The notes under the pieces: model-generated
What the model saw: only the letters and a program-made list of their open reading frames with translations
What the model was told of the DNA's origin: nothing
Database searches by the model: none
In this document: piece by piece, positions 12,501 to 27,600 of the stretch
Layout: every line of letters starts with the position of its first letter
Position numbering within the stretch: position 1 is the stretch's first letter
Position numbers and translations under genes: made by a program
Assembly (NCBI GenBank): GCA_012295275.1
Contig: CM022671.1
Location: 29,326,001 to 29,390,000 of the forward strand
Length of the DNA: 64,000 nucleotides
Reading direction: 5' to 3'
Source: Chrysomallon squamiferum
Lineage: Eukaryota > Animalia > Mollusca

Positions 12501-15500
12501 GAACTGTAATGGCTATGCTGACATAGACTTTGTCATACTGGATTATGCACTACTCAGTTTTATAGTTAGAAATATAACAACAAAGCTTACCTGGCTCCCA
12601 TACTGCCATCTGATGTGACTCATTAGTATTCACAAACTGGATATTTCTACTGACATTATCTGAACAGCCAGAAAGAATTGGCTTTTCAAAGTCATATCCT
12701 GAGGAAAAAATTATTTATTAAAAATCTATCAAAAATTTATTATTCTTTGAAAACTATGAAGTCTGGCTAGCACGCTGAAATTACTGTAACATTACTGAAA
12801 TTATTGTAACATTGCTGTATGTAGCATTATTAATAATACTGTACAATTATTAAAGTTACCACAGCATTACTGAAATGAAAATGGCATCATTCTGTTTTAA
12901 GCTGCAAACAAAAAAATAAGTTATTTCTTTTAGTTTCTTAGAAGTTATTTTAAGACAAACAAAAACAAATTTAACAGCATAACCTTTCTTTGTAATATTT
13001 AATTTACCTAAAACTCACCTGGATTTCCCGATCTGGAAAAAGGTTCAACAGGAGGAGTTGTGTTATTTGTTGCCATCTTTTCGTGCTGGAATGATACAGC
13101 TATTTTCTGTGTGAGAAGAGTACTTGTCTTCAAAGGAAGACTCACATTATTGGCTACAATGATTGTCGCTTTCAGATTTGTAATTGTAGTCCCTGACCAA
13201 GTGAACCTGTAATCCACGCTAAGAACTGGGTAACTACAGCTGAGACCATTGTACAGAACCGGAGACGTTGGGACAGTCCAGGGACATTTTTTAATTGCAG
13301 GTGGGGGATTTGTTTTCTCGTTGTACTCCAAGCATTTTGGATCTTGACATGGGTGTGAACAGTTTTCAGTGATGATGGTTCTCAAATTAGTATTGCCTCC
13401 TTGAGTAGATGACATCAGATATGGACTGAGGTCATCAGTGCAGTAATAGTCAACACTGGTGTAGACGACAGTTCTGTTTTGGTCACCATACTTCATCCTG
13501 ACTCTGTAGGCTCGCTGATTATACGTGGAGTTTGGTTCTACGTACATCAACGAGCTGAAGAAAGTGTTGCTCTGACAAGTGTCAGCTGTCAGTTGTCGGA
13601 CACAGTCAGTTTTGAAGTCTCTGAGAAACCTGACAGAGATCATCTCTGAACAAATTCCTGTGCTTGTCCGCTGAGGTAGAGTCAGCACTCCATGCATGTC
13701 CAGTTTCGTTGTCGTCCCGTCCCTGTTGTAAGTCAGGATGTTAACCCCATCTTTATATTCCTTAAGTGCCGCATTTGAATCTTGGTACAGCCGTTCTGCT
13801 TCTCTGATTACGAAAAATTAATTATAAGAAATTAGTCTAAAATATTTTTAGTCAAATGTATGTAATAACATTTTTTTTCAGTAGGTATGAAAGCTCAGAA
13901 GGTAGGAAAGTTTATATTCAATAAGAATTTATTTTATTTTCGTTCTTAAAGCATATGACAAAGATTAACAATATATGTTTCAATCATGACAGTGATCATA
14001 TAACAATTACATTACAATACAATTTATATTTAGTTTCTGATTTCTTCTAATTAACAGGAAACTCAATACAAAATATTAATGATAATAAATAATTAAATAT
14101 AAAGCTATTAAACAGATTGCAGCAGTTTGTTATTTTAGGCTGACTGCACATTTTAGTTCTGTATATAATTTAACAGTTTGTTTTTATTAATATCTTCTAG
14201 TATCAAACTGATTACAGCAAGTAACTGAAATTTTAGATGGTCTGCAGTTAACTATTCTTTATTGTCTAGTTTGTTAACTATTCTCTGTACATATTAAACT
14301 TTCAGTTTACGTGTATCATTATCTACTCGTATTATAGATCATTAAATTTAATTACAGTTAAAAAAATCTGTCTGAATTTCCACTCACTTGAATGTAAATA
14401 TATTCTTTTTTTTTCTGAACATGTTATCAAAAACAGTTTTTTCGGTTATTTTGGGTGTATTGGCATAGAAATATCCCAGAAATCCATTGTGTTCAAACAT
14501 GACACACATGAGAGGAAACCAGTCTTCCTTATTCACATGGTTTGACTCACACTTGTAACGTTGTGTTGGTGCACTGAGACCTCCAAGTAAACCAGGAATA
14601 CAGCTACTGAATACCTTTTTATCATCTTCAGTGCATTCCTGAAACAGTATTAATAACAAATAAATGCATGATACTATTTCCATAAATAAATAAGTAAGTA
14701 GGTAGGTAAGTAGGTAAGTAAGTAAATAAATAAATAAGAGTTATTGTTTAACTATATTTATTTAAACACCAAACATTCATTTATTTATTTATTTGTTTAT
14801 TTATTATGAAGATGGCTAAACAGCTAGGTAATACAACTAACTTCAAAACAAATATCAAAGTTCTAAATCTGCAAAAAAGACAGATTTTTGTGTAAAATTC
14901 AATTTAGTTTCCATTTATTATTATTAAACAGTTAAAGACAAGACACAGCAGTCTACTGGTGTGTAATATTATAAACCTATAGTGAACAGTACTTCCAAAA
15001 TCCTTTTCGTTTTACAATATCAATTCAAAAATATGTCTATATACTAACAGAATCACAGCAACAGTTAACATCACAACTGCTGAAAGTCATATCACAAGGA
15101 CAAGGAGCAACTTCTAAGAATGCTGGATTCTGAATGTTTCTTTCTAGTGTGAGGTCTCCAGAACCTTAATAATAAACAGATATATATATATATATTATAA
15201 AATGGTAAAAATATTGATGATGGTTAGGACAATAATCACAGTGAAGAAGATAATAATGATGATGATGATAATGTTGAATATTCAAAATGTTAGCTGTTCA
15301 GTGAGATAATTTTTCATATCAAAAAGAGTTTTTGAACTTCAGCAAAGTTTATATTGTTAACGTTAGTGAACACTTAATGTGATCTACAGAAGAGACATTA
15401 TTTATCTTTGATACAACAGATAATACTGAGATACTTAGAAATTTTTGATACTATAATACTGAAACATCTAATACATATTCCAGTTACAAAACACTGATAT

Positions 15501-17690
15501 ACCTTTAATATTATCCTAATATTCATTTTATTTTATTAAATAAAAATTTCAAATGAATTTTACCTCACAGCCCAGCCCAGATTTTAAATACTGATGCCAA
15601 TGTCTAAGTATTTCTCTTCCATTATTTTTTTTCTTCTTGGTCTAATATTATTTAGCAAATTCTACATCTTTTTTGGACACTGATTTCTATTGTGTTATTT
15701 AAATGGACTTACGTGGGCCTCCGGTACAGTTGTTGCAGTAGTCTGGTTGCAGTAATGCTGAAACTACCATGGCTGAGGATAGATTCTGATAGGTGACTGG
15801 GTCTCTAACACAACAAGTCAGAACAACAAGTTCAGTGATATTACTGGAAACAACAGGCAGTCTGCGATTCACTGTCAAAATCCTATAACTACGATCCTGA
15901 AAATAGAGATTTATTGTTATTTTTTTTTATCCTTTTTTATAATTAATTTTTATTATTATTATTATTTTTTTTTTTTTTTTATTATTATTATTTTATTATA
16001 TTATTATTATTATTATTTTTTTTTTTTCAAAATGAACTTTTTCAACAATTTTTTTTTTTTTTTTTTTTTTAAATGTTACATATTTGATGTCAGAGATTTA
16101 TTAAATTTTTACATTACCATCAAACTGACAATGATGAATTATTTATGTTCTGAATACCATTAACTGTGTCATTATTTGTACAGAATTTAATCAAATGTTT
16201 GACACCATTAAAACTGTAAATTATGAAGGTCTTGTGTGCATCATTAAGTACAACAGTTTTTCCTCCATCATGACTGACTATAACTCTGATCCTCTGACTC
16301 AGTTTTCAGTGACACACATTAACATAGCTAAGTGATTCATGAAGAAAGAGGAATGTGTTGGAGACAGACAGACAGACGGATGTACAAATATGACAAACAC
16401 ATACACACACACACAGACAAAGTTAGTTAAATAGTAAAAATGTATTTGTTATTATTATTTTAAAAACCTGATTATGACTAACACCTTTGGTGCTGAATGA
16501 TGGAGATCTCTGCAATGAAGTACATATACGATAGGGGTGCTGAATGACAGTGATCTCCGTCATACTTTTAAAATTTATTAGTGACGTGACTTCCAGTGCT
16601 GACGTAGGCAATTATTGATCTACTACGGGCATCCCTGGAATTCAGAAAATCGTGGCGAGTACGAGCAGAAACCTGTTTCAGTTTGCGAAAATCCCCAAAA
16701 TACCCAGCACCAAAGGTGTTACAATATGAAATTCGAAAACACTTAATTTTTTGCCTTGTGGTAATCGGATATATCCACTCAGTATTAAGTGTTATTCTAA
16801 CATATTACTATTAACTGCAGAAATGGGACACCCATTAAGGGGCTCTTAAATGTAGTATCAGCCCAGTATGTGCTGCCATCTGTAGGGTGCCAATTATTTG
16901 TCTTGTTGATTTGGCTAGGAACTATTTTTGATTAAGCAGTGAAAGGGTTAATAAGAAGTGTTACCTTTGTCATTATAAAAGAAGATGTATCTGGAACCCA
17001 GTCTGAGAATACATAAGGAGGAATTGGAGTGGTTGGAACAGTTGTACCAGGAATCAGTGTTGTATTTGCAAGAGCTGAAAAAATAAAAAGAATATTAATT
17101 AAAGAACAGTTTTCATAAAAGTGCTATAAAATTAAAAATTTATATAAAAATATTTATGTTCAATATAAACTTGTATATAATAAGTTTTATATTTCATTGG
17201 ATATTATTAACTATAAAATAACACTACTTAATAATAATCATTCATATAAAAAATTTAAATAGCATTTTCAATATAAAATTTGTAGTGTAAAACGCATATA
17301 ATAAATTTTACATTTTATTGGATATTATTAATTAACTGTAAAATAACACTGCTTAATAATAATCATTCAAATAAAAGATTCAAACTATTTTCAATATAAA
17401 ATTATTAGCATATGAAAGATTTTATTTTCTCTTAATTTGTAATATCAGCTATAAAATACAAGGCTAATTATAATAACTATGACATTATTTTTAAATACTC
17501 CTCTTTGGTTTTTGTGTAATTAGCACTTTAGTTAATTAAAATGAAGTATTATAAAAATAATATATTTCTTTTGCAAGGTCTAACTGTAAAATAAATGCTG
17601 AGAGCAAGATGGTAAATATATTCATTTTCAAAACAAACACTTTCAGTTATACTGTTTATTGTAGCTTAGTGGTGGTGAACTGATGGCACA

Positions 17691-17728
<38 letters not shown>

Positions 17729-19099
17729 ATGTGTGCAGAACAAGATATTATGTGTATGTGTGTGGCATGTCTGTATGTTTGTGTAGGTCTCTTTATACAT
17801 ACTTGTATCTATAGAAAGTTAATGTATTGCTTATATCTGACAAAATTCTTACCAGCAGTTAAATTTTCCAGTAAGCATTTAAACAAATATTTTAGAAATA
17901 AATAAAGAAAATATGTTAATTACAGAAACATAATGCACCCTTTCTTTATAGTTATTTTAATTAATGCCCACACCGAAGAACAAAGAAAACAAATTGTTAA
18001 ATATATTAAATTTCTACAATTCTTTATCATCTTTGTTATTAATATATTATTTAACATTATTCTGCCAAATTGGAAATAGTGGAAATCTTTTTTAAAGAGT
18101 TTTTTTTTTTAAGATGAAAATGTTGAGGTAAAACAAATATATCTTATCTTAATAGTGCTTGACTTTCAACAGATGATAAATAATATTTATATTTTGTTAA
18201 ATAATCTATAAATTAGCTCAACTTGATATTAAAAATTTCTCAGATAAAATAAGTATTGAAAAAAAAAAAAAAAAAACAACAACATAAAACTGAATACTAA
18301 GTGAAACTAAATCATCAGTGAGTTAAAATTACCCTTTCAGCTTGCAGCTGTAGGATTAAACAGGCCTAATAAAATATTACTAATATAATAACAGAGACAC
18401 TGTTTGATACATTCATATTAATAAATATTTCTAAATAAAAACAAAAATATTTAGTGCACTTTAAATTGGGTTAACTGAAATATGCATAGTGAAGCAATAT
18501 TCTGGATGCATACAAAATATGAAAGTAGAAAACAAATTAATAGTAATAATAATAATAAAAGTAATGGAACAATACTGACTTGTTGTTGCAACTGTTGTAG
18601 TAGTAGTAACAACAGTGGTTGTTGTGAAATTCGTTGAAAGGGTAAAATTGCATTGTGGATTTCTAATCTGATCAAGAGCATCGGATAAAGACTTGGCTAC
18701 CACAGCTTGACATTCAAATGTCAAAGGTTCATCTTTTGTAAGTAACTGGTTGATAACCAAATAAGCCTAAAATAAAAACATGTGTTGATATAATAAAGTA
18801 CTCTTACTAAAACTGAATACTATATATTTATTTTTTCTGCAGATAATATCTGTGGGGTTTTTATGCTGTTGTTTTTTAATCAGTGCTTAAGACACCTTTA
18901 ATATTTTGTTTATTATTATTATTAATTGTTTTGTTTTTTTGGGAGGGGGATTTGTTTTTATGTAAATCCATAAATTATTTATACATTGGAAAAGTTGGAA
19001 AGGTATTTGTTTAAATTATTAATATATATTTCAAAACAACTTTGTCATAAATAAATACACACACACACACACAGACAAAACACACACAACACAAACACA

Positions 19100-19139
<40 letters not shown>

Positions 19140-19154
19140 CTGTGTTTTGAAATA

Positions 19155-19188
<34 letters not shown>

Positions 19189-20701
19189 CACATATTATCA
19201 AATCCTTAACATATAATAACCTTGTCTATAAATTATTATTTTCTTGAGATAATTTACCTTGAAAACAGGGAGTTGAACTGTTGTATTACTTGGAAAAAGT
19301 TCCAGTTTATCTACAAACAGGAACTGGCCAACTGGAATGTAAAAATAATTATTTTTGATATTGTAAGAAAAATAATTGGAATAACATTTTCAGAAATATT
19401 AAAGTATGCATGTTTATTTGTATGTGTTGTTATTTCAACAAACACATTAATCAATACTATACATATATAACTTGTAAGTTTAGTCAGTTTTATCTCAACA
19501 TGACTAAATCTGAATTTAAAAAAAAAAAAAACCCAGAAAAAACAAGAATCAACATAGTTATGCGATAAAAGCCATTTCTGCATTGCAGCAAAAGATTGCC
19601 CTATTTTTGTGATACATTATTGGTTTTCTTGAAAGAGGTTCCGTCATTCAAGTCTGTTTCATCGTTATTTTTAAATATTTTCCAAAACAACAAATATAAT
19701 AATGTAGTATACACATTCAACTTCATCTTTATATTTGTTTAATGACATATGATCTTTGATAAACAAGGAAGAATCAACAAACAAGTTTACCATTTCAAAA
19801 TGAGTCATGTGACTAAGATACACTTATCCAGAACATTAAATTAGATACAAGTTGCAGATTATGCCTTTCTCTCACAGTCTGCCAAATTTCATACTAATTT
19901 ATGAGGTAGCAGGTACTTAATCTGGGTTACCAGTATGTGTGTATCAGTTTAATTTCTGTGGAGTTTTTGAGAATTACATAATTAAGTTGTGAGGTACATT
20001 TAATCTACTTAGTGTAATTAATTAATTCATTAAAATTCAGATGTGTAGCAACATGCTTAAAAATACTGAAAAGCTCTAGAACTCATCAAAATCTTTATTT
20101 TGATATGTAATACATGAAACTATAAGAGGTATTCAGTGTTTATGCTGCCAAATGACTGAAATGAATTAGTTTCTCCGCAGATTCTGAATGAAAAATACTG
20201 GCAGATTTTATTCTTATAAGAATTCGTAACTTTCTTCATATCAGTACTATCACAAATATCTTGGTGTTATTTTTACCTGAATTATTAAAAATGCTTTTTC
20301 TGATCATATTTAATTTCATATGAAAATATTTTTGAAAATTTTGCCACCTAAGTGAAGATATTTTGTCTAATTTTACTGGTTTGTTAAATTATCACGATAT
20401 ACTATAATAATAATACTTTTTTTAATTTTTGTTTTGTCTTCTTCTTCTTATAAAAATTGTTCTTTAAAATATTTGTACCAAGAAGAAACAAAATAAATTA
20501 TACGACATCTTTTAGGTTAATAAAGCAATAAAATAATACTATAGAGTATAGTATAATTTACTATAAACTTAATAAAGTGGTAGGTTACAGGCAGCGACAT
20601 GTCCCTAGTGTAATATATTACATTCACGAACCTTTGCTTTCAGAAAGTAGCATGTAATTTGCAATACAGAGAATGAAAGTATATATCAGTCGTTCTTTCA
20701 T
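9588..20701 (-). CDS. TCTN2: Tectonic-2-like ciliary transition-zone protein (~896 aa, 14 coding exons)
   Basis: Exons (-): 20701-20632 (signal peptide MKERLIYTFILCIANYMLLSESK), 19331-19258, 18766-18580, 17074-16965, 15896-15713, 15164-15049, 14638-14388, 13803-13019, 12698-12591, 12283-12166, 11691-11587, 11144-10932, 10295-10149, 9810-9588; all phases match. Tectonic hallmarks CPCDMTFSSCDVNCCCDSEC, RSGNPGY and FGVDVQSGC are present. The long N-terminal extension and C-terminal CWRELLYPL plus TM helix favour TCTN2 over TCTN1/3. Confidence 0.85.
10759..10931. repeat. Degenerate ~45-48-bp minisatellite (4 units) abutting a TCTN2 splice donor
   Basis: Recurring cttgtttaYcttca-attttaatatattta units. 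Confidence 0.7.
17159..17400. repeat. Diverged ~110-130-bp tandem duplication in a TCTN2 intron
   Basis: ttcaatataaa...ttggatattatta...aaaataacact-cttaataataatcattca occurs twice. Confidence 0.65.
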
Positions 20702-21004
20702 TATGATAGGATCGTACTGTCTCATAAAAGCATAATCTGGTGCAAATAATTATCTTCGAAACACACAATTTGGCACATTGAACGCCATACTTAAACAAAC
20801 CCGCCTGTCTTGTGAACTGTTATGCGATATGCTGGTTTCTTCGGAGCTCAGCCAATCAACTGCCATTTAACAAAACATCCAAGGCAATGTCTGTGCGACA
20901 ACTTTTCGCCATTATATCAGAATATAGTATATTTATTTTCTATGTATAAGAAGAGACGTCGTCAGCAATTTATCTAACATATACCAAGTTTAATTGATGG
21001 AAAT
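20702..21004. promoter_or_regulatory. Bidirectional promoter/5'UTR region shared by TCTN2 and PNLDC1
   Basis: Divergent start codons are only 303 bp apart. The region is locally CpG-containing, with CCAAT (agccaatca, ~20850) and YY1-like gccatt motifs (~20862, ~20908). Confidence 0.6.
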
Positions 21005-21583
21005 ATGTGTGATGTTACTAAATCAACATTTGATGCTTATTTTCCAACAATTATAACTGCAATAAAAAGTGCTGAATTTGTTGGTAAACATAATTTCTAC
21101 TTTCATTTTGTTTTTGAAAGCCATGAGGTACCATTCATGAGTCAGAAAAATAATTTTAAAATAATAATAATAATAAGAAGAAGAAGAAAGAAAGAAAGAA
21201 ATGGAAAAAATAGAAGCAAAAAAAGAAGAAAAAGATATACATGAAATTTAAAAGAAAAAATAGTAAGAGTGGAAATAAATAAATATTTATAAGTTGAAAG
21301 TCATGATTATAAAAGTTTAATAATTGGAAATATGTAACTTTAATTTTAATAAATTTTTAGACTGATAACAGACCAGAAGCTATGCCATCTTTATACATTT
21401 AACAATGATACTTCCATTTAATAAAACAGTTAATATTTATTTGTTAAACAGAAATAATTTTAAAATGCATAATCTTTTTCAGCCATTGATACTGAATTTA
21501 CAGGATTGCATTTAGATGAAGGAAGTAATCCAAGGTTGGTGTGATAAAATGTACTGGCCAGAAATTTAAACATTTATCCATCG

Positions 21584-21619
<36 letters not shown>

Positions 21620-24600
21620 TAAACTTTTGTTTATTTTACTGGCCAAGAATTTAAACATTTATCCATTTATATATTTATTTATTTAATTATTATTTTTTTA
21701 TTATTATTATTTATTTATTTTTTTTTTTTTTTGCTCCACAATTGGTTTCTGTACTTCTCTGTCTTTATTCTAATTTCAGCCTCTTTGATGGAAGTGAAGA
21801 ACGCTATAAAAAACTGAAGAAAAGTGTAACACAGTTTCTAGTTTGCCAAATAGGTATACATACACAATAAATATGTTTTTCATAGTACTGCTAAAGTTGT
21901 TATCATAAATAAAATAAAATAATATAATAATTTAAGAAGTATGAAAATGGAAGAAAGTTTGGAGAGTAAGGCGTCTGTTAGTTTAAAAAAAAAAAAAGGA
22001 AAATTCCTAATTATTTTAAAAACATACCAGTAATTTCTTTTACAAAGTTTCATTGTAAACATTGTAAAAAAAAAAACATGTTAATTTAAGATAGGAAAAA
22101 AAAAGAGTATTGTGTAAAAGGAAAAATTACAACAATTACAAGAAATAATTTACATACAAAGATGCACACACAGACACACACACATACTTATACACATACT
22201 TATTTATTCATGCATGTATACAATGAGAAAATGAAATGTTATGGTTTTCAGATGCTTTCCTAAATTTACAATCATTTAAATGTTTACTGGTCCCTTGAAT
22301 ATATTTGGATTATTACTTTTCAGGCTTATCTGCCTTTGTCAGAGATGCAGATGATGGGTATTTGCATTTATTATTTTCTTTAATTAGCATTCTACTATAA
22401 TAATAATAATAAGAGTGATAGATTGAATTGAATTAGTCTGTGAGATCTCTACTTGTTACAGGAGGGTTTATTAAAATAAATTAATTATATTTGCTTTATT
22501 AGAAATTTAAATTTGATTAATTTGTAAATTTTTATTATACATTTAAAATTAATTAATTATATTTGTTTGCTTTCATGGAAAATTCAAAAATAATTATATT
22601 TGTTTCTTTGTAAATTTCAAATCTTTTATATTTGGTTTTTTTTGTAATTATTATTATTATTATTTTTTTTTAAAAATAGGTATTTGGCATACAGTTTTAA
22701 TTTCCCTCTGTTTCCTACATCATTTGATCCTGTTGATGTTAGGTTTCAGTGCCAGGTAAAACACGTGTAATGCTTATTTACACAGATTGCATTTTCACTG
22801 CATATCTCTTCACATTTTCACATAATTTTAAAAATAAACCAACACATACACACATATAAACAAATACACATATAGATGCAAATAAAATGTACATATTTTT
22901 GTACAGGAAGTCACAGTAACATACAAGTTTTCATTCATGCTGTCATCACTGTAAAAAGAAGTTCCACATCACTTCACTAGACCATTTAGAAGTATGATTA
23001 CTTGATGAAAAAATACCTGTTAAAATTTTGAGTTCTCCCCCTTTCTGAAAACTTTTGGCATTCATTTGTGGGTAATCTTTAAAAATAATAATATCTGACT
23101 TCTTTTTAGCTGAAATGATAATATTACAAATAGAAATTGCAGTGAAAACTATCACAATGTCTGTTTGGATAATTTCTCCTTTTATATAATTATTTCTGTT
23201 TTTCAAATCCATGAATCATTTTTTTTTTTTTTTTTAAATTTTTTTCAGGCATCGTGTTTTAAATTTCTGTGCAAGTATGGGTTTGATTTTCAGAAGGTAA
23301 GCACAGCCTCAGTGAAGTTATATCTCTTTAAAGTAACTCATCTGTCAAACTCTCTTTTTGGACTTGAGAATTTTGTTTTGTATTGTTAATATGAACATTA
23401 GTTACTGCTTTTGTTGTTATTGTTGTTCTTCTTTTTCACATATTGAATGAATACTTGGGATCTGTAATGGTTTGTGATTTTTTAGAACTGTGGTTATTTG
23501 TTAATAACTGAATTTAGGGATTTGTTAGTGTTTATTTTTTATATTTGTCTGTGCATATGTATTTGTATATTTTAATACGAATATTTATTATGTATTTGAT
23601 TATGAATGTTTGTTTTTTGCTCTTTTTAATCAACAAGTTTGTGTATAAAGGCATCTCCTTCATGAATGAAACTCAGGAACAGCTTTTACGAGAGCACTTG
23701 AAATCCAATGCCATATTTATTGGTCTTAAGAGGTAAAGATGTCATAAACTGATTATTACTTTTACATTTTCTTTCTCTTTTTACTTTAAACAATTATTTT
23801 TTTTATTTTGTGCCAGTGTGTATCTGTGATGTTCAAATGGAACAAAAATATAATATTTACTCTTTTTTTATTTATCTTTTATATAATATTAATTAATTCT
23901 GAAAGAAATAGTTTTTAAAAATTTCTTAAAATATTTAAAAAAACTGAATTTGTTTGTGTCATCAGAGATGCAGATGAAGATTTGCTTCAAGAAATTTGTT
24001 CACAGGTGGCATCATGGTTTATTTCCAGCAAGATGGGTGACACTCATACAGTTCAGTGTGAAAAAGGTAACCTGGCATCTAGAGAATAAAAAAGACATTT
24101 TAGTATCAGTGTTGTTGGAAACATTATCCAATAATTAATCTTAAGAAGGTGTTATTTCCTTTGAAAACTTTCATACATTAGAATTCATATGTTTTAAGCT
24201 TTTTGTATTAGTTTATTAATTTTTTATTTGGAAAGAAATTTGTATAATTTAAAAACTTATTATCAAAAAGCACATTTTTAAGTTAAATTCTTTTTAAGTA
24301 AAGTGATAGATTTTACTTAATAAAGGTATTTAATCTTACAGACATTTTGTTTTACATCCATTTCATTACTGTGGTCAGGGTTGTGATAGGTGTTTTTTTT
24401 TCTGACATGTAATTTATGCTTCACTTTTTATTTTATTTTTAATTTGCTTTTTTTATTTCAGAATTTCACACCGAAGAGACTACTTACTTCATTCATTCCG
24501 AAATCCGAAATCGATTTCCAACAGTTTGGACTAAAACTGACCCGTTTGGAAAGGTTTTTAATTTTGCCTGACAGTTCTAAAAAAAATACATTATTTAAAC

Positions 24601-27600
24601 AAATTAATAAAATTAATATATTAAGATTAAAGCTATTTTTCCAATTAGTCTTTTCATAATCAAGAGTAAATAACTGTAGGTTTTTTTTTTATGCTTTATG
24701 CAAAGACTGAAATTTGTGCTGGCTCATTCTAAACCATTTTAGTTTTTTTTATTGTTTTTATTTTTTATTTTTCTTCTTTTCAACAAAACTTTATTTAGTA
24801 TTGTTTACAGTCATTTTCATCAGCTATTAACTTACTGATATTTGTTCAGTAAATATGTGGCGGCAAAGGATGATAACCAGTCAGATGTAATTTTGAGTTC
24901 CAGCCTATTAATATAGTCCAATATATGAACAGATCCATTGTTTTTTTGCCATGTATAGTTTTGAAAACATCTTAACTTTCATGTCTATATGTTTTTTCCT
25001 GAAATCAATCAATAAAAAATGTTCTTTGTGTCATTGTGTGATCTGTCAGAATCTTAATTAACAAAACTATGCTAAAACTATGCACTTATTTTGCCAAAAT
25101 TCATCTAAGATCTCTAGCATCGCATGTCACTGATCTGTAGAATATGGTTTATTTCATTCCATCAAATCCTGAATTTTGATCAATTTTCACCATGTGACTC
25201 ATTATCCCATGCTGCCACACACATTATTAAGTAATAAGTTTTATTTTGAAATGTTTAGATAGTTGTTGAAAGAATCAGTGCAGAGATGAGGAAAACTTTG
25301 GAAGAAGACAGCAAAGAATCTCAAACACAGCAGCAAGAAAAGTAAATTTATTTTGTGATTGTTTCAAAGTGGGTTGTAATAATGTGTTAAAAATTCTATC
25401 TGAGGCTTGGTGGGTTTTAGAATCTATCCACCTAAGTGCACCCATTAAATGTTTTTTTAATTTTTTTTTTTTATAAAGATTCTTTGCTGTTCGCTAATAC
25501 TTCAGACTGTTTCATGAATATTAATGATGTGTTGCTTTTCTTATTTGAATAATATTTTAAAATTGTTGTTTTTTATTATTATTATTTTTTAAAATATAAT
25601 GTTCTTGATTTTGGGGTTTTTTTTGTTAGTGGATTGTTTGTTTTTGTTTTGTCTCTTTTTCTTCATGCAGTATCCCACTACCCATGATGTCATTAACATG
25701 GATTTGTTGGGGGTTTTGTTGTTTGTTTGTTTGTTTTGGTTTTGTTTTTTTGGGTGTGAGGGCCATTTATCAAAATTAGGCTAATGGCAGAAAATTACTC
25801 AAAAAGAGAAAATTTGTATCTCATTTAAAATAGTTATTAAAAATGTATTTCAGAAAACAAGATAAAAGGGTTTCCACTGTCCTTATCTAAGTGACCCATA
25901 GCCATATGACCAGTGCCATAATAACCATGAGTAAAATCTGTCAAATGCATCTTTCTTCATTCTTTTCATGAAAGGATCTACATAATAAAATGTTTTTATT
26001 TTTAATCTTGAAATATATAAAAAATAAAATAACTTTTCTCTGTTTCAGGCTAATCAACACCATGCTAGGTTTCACTCTAGTCTTCCGAGAAATTGTACAG
26101 AGTAAGAAGGTAATTTAAATGAACTAACTTGTGTACACGTGGTGTAAATGATTTTATCTATCAACTGAGAGGGCAGGTTTATTTTGACTGAGAAAGGTCT
26201 GAGTCTGGATGTATATAAACATAATGAACGTAGCTCGTTATCTGAAGTATATTGTAATTTGGGAAATATGGGAAAAGTAAATTAAAGGTGACGTTGTTAC
26301 TGTTTACTATTGATTGCCTGTCTTTATCTGAATTTTTATATTAAGAAAAATGGAGGACATTGTTAATAGAAATAATTCAAAAGATAAAAAAAAAGAAAAA
26401 AGATACATAGTGTCTATTTAGTTCACTTATTTTGTAACATATCTGTTATTTATATAATTATTATCAAAAATTGGAAAAGTAATTGAATTTATTTTATTGA
26501 TGTTGTTTATATATTTCAATAAGATACATTAGGACATTTTATTTTTTTCTTGGTAGATTTAGGTTTATGAAAACGTTTAAATAGTTTCCTTGATGCTTGA
26601 CTTTTACATTTTGTCTTTGTCTTCATATTGCAGTGAGTAACTGAGGCAGTTTTCTTTTAAATTTGTTTCAGATTCTCGTAGGTCACAACATGTTGATGGA
26701 TCTGATGTTTATACATGAAAAGTTTTTTAAACCACTGCCAGGTATTTGTTTAATTTATTATCATTATTATTACTACTACGACTGTAGTACTATCATTTGT
26801 ATTACTTTTATTACTGCTATTATTGCCATTACTACTACTACTACTACCACCACCATCACCACCACCATCAGACCTTGACTTTTTTCACTGGTAGTTCACA
26901 GGGCTCCCATATTATAAAATGCAGTAGCCCCATAAAAATTGTTAAAAATAAGACTAAAAAGAAAAATTAAAAATAATAAAAACAATTATTTATAATTAAA
27001 TACACTTTTATCATGAGCACCGAAAGATTAAAATTACACAAAATGTTTAGCTCATTTTAAAACAGTTTTTGTTTGTGTCATATCTTTTGAAAACTACAAA
27101 GAAAACAGCAAATATACTCTTTTATTTCTACAATCATATTGTGCAGTCACCATTTAACAGTTAATACAATTATGCCAACTTACGTCAAGTGAGAGCAGAT
27201 GTATGAACGGTGGAATTTCAGACATGGATCAAAGAAATGTGTTGAAAACTGGACTGGTGAACTATGTGAATCAGGATTCTGGTATCTTGGGGTCTATACC
27301 AGAGAGCTAAATACTCCAGACTACCACTAAGGTTGAGCCCTGTCTACCATTACCACTACTATTACTACTACTACTACTACTACTACTACTAATACTAACA
27401 CTACTACTACTACAGAATTAATTGGACTAAAAATAAAAATCATATTTAAAAATTAATTAAGTAAGTAAGTACCTTCTTGTAATAAAATCACACGTTATGA
27501 GTATTAAAATTGTTTGTAATTATTAAGTTCAGTTAATTTGATATCAACATGAAAATAATGCTTTCAAGTGTCATGAAAATAAAATTACTGAAACTTTCAA

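Noticed and set aside
16430-16951. Possible piggyBac-like element ending ...gtgaaagggTTAA in a TCTN2 intron
   Set aside because: Only one terminus found and no transposase similarity seen.
20880-20975. RFX X-box expected for a ciliary gene
   Set aside because: Only weak half-sites (gacaac, agcaat) seen; not supportable.
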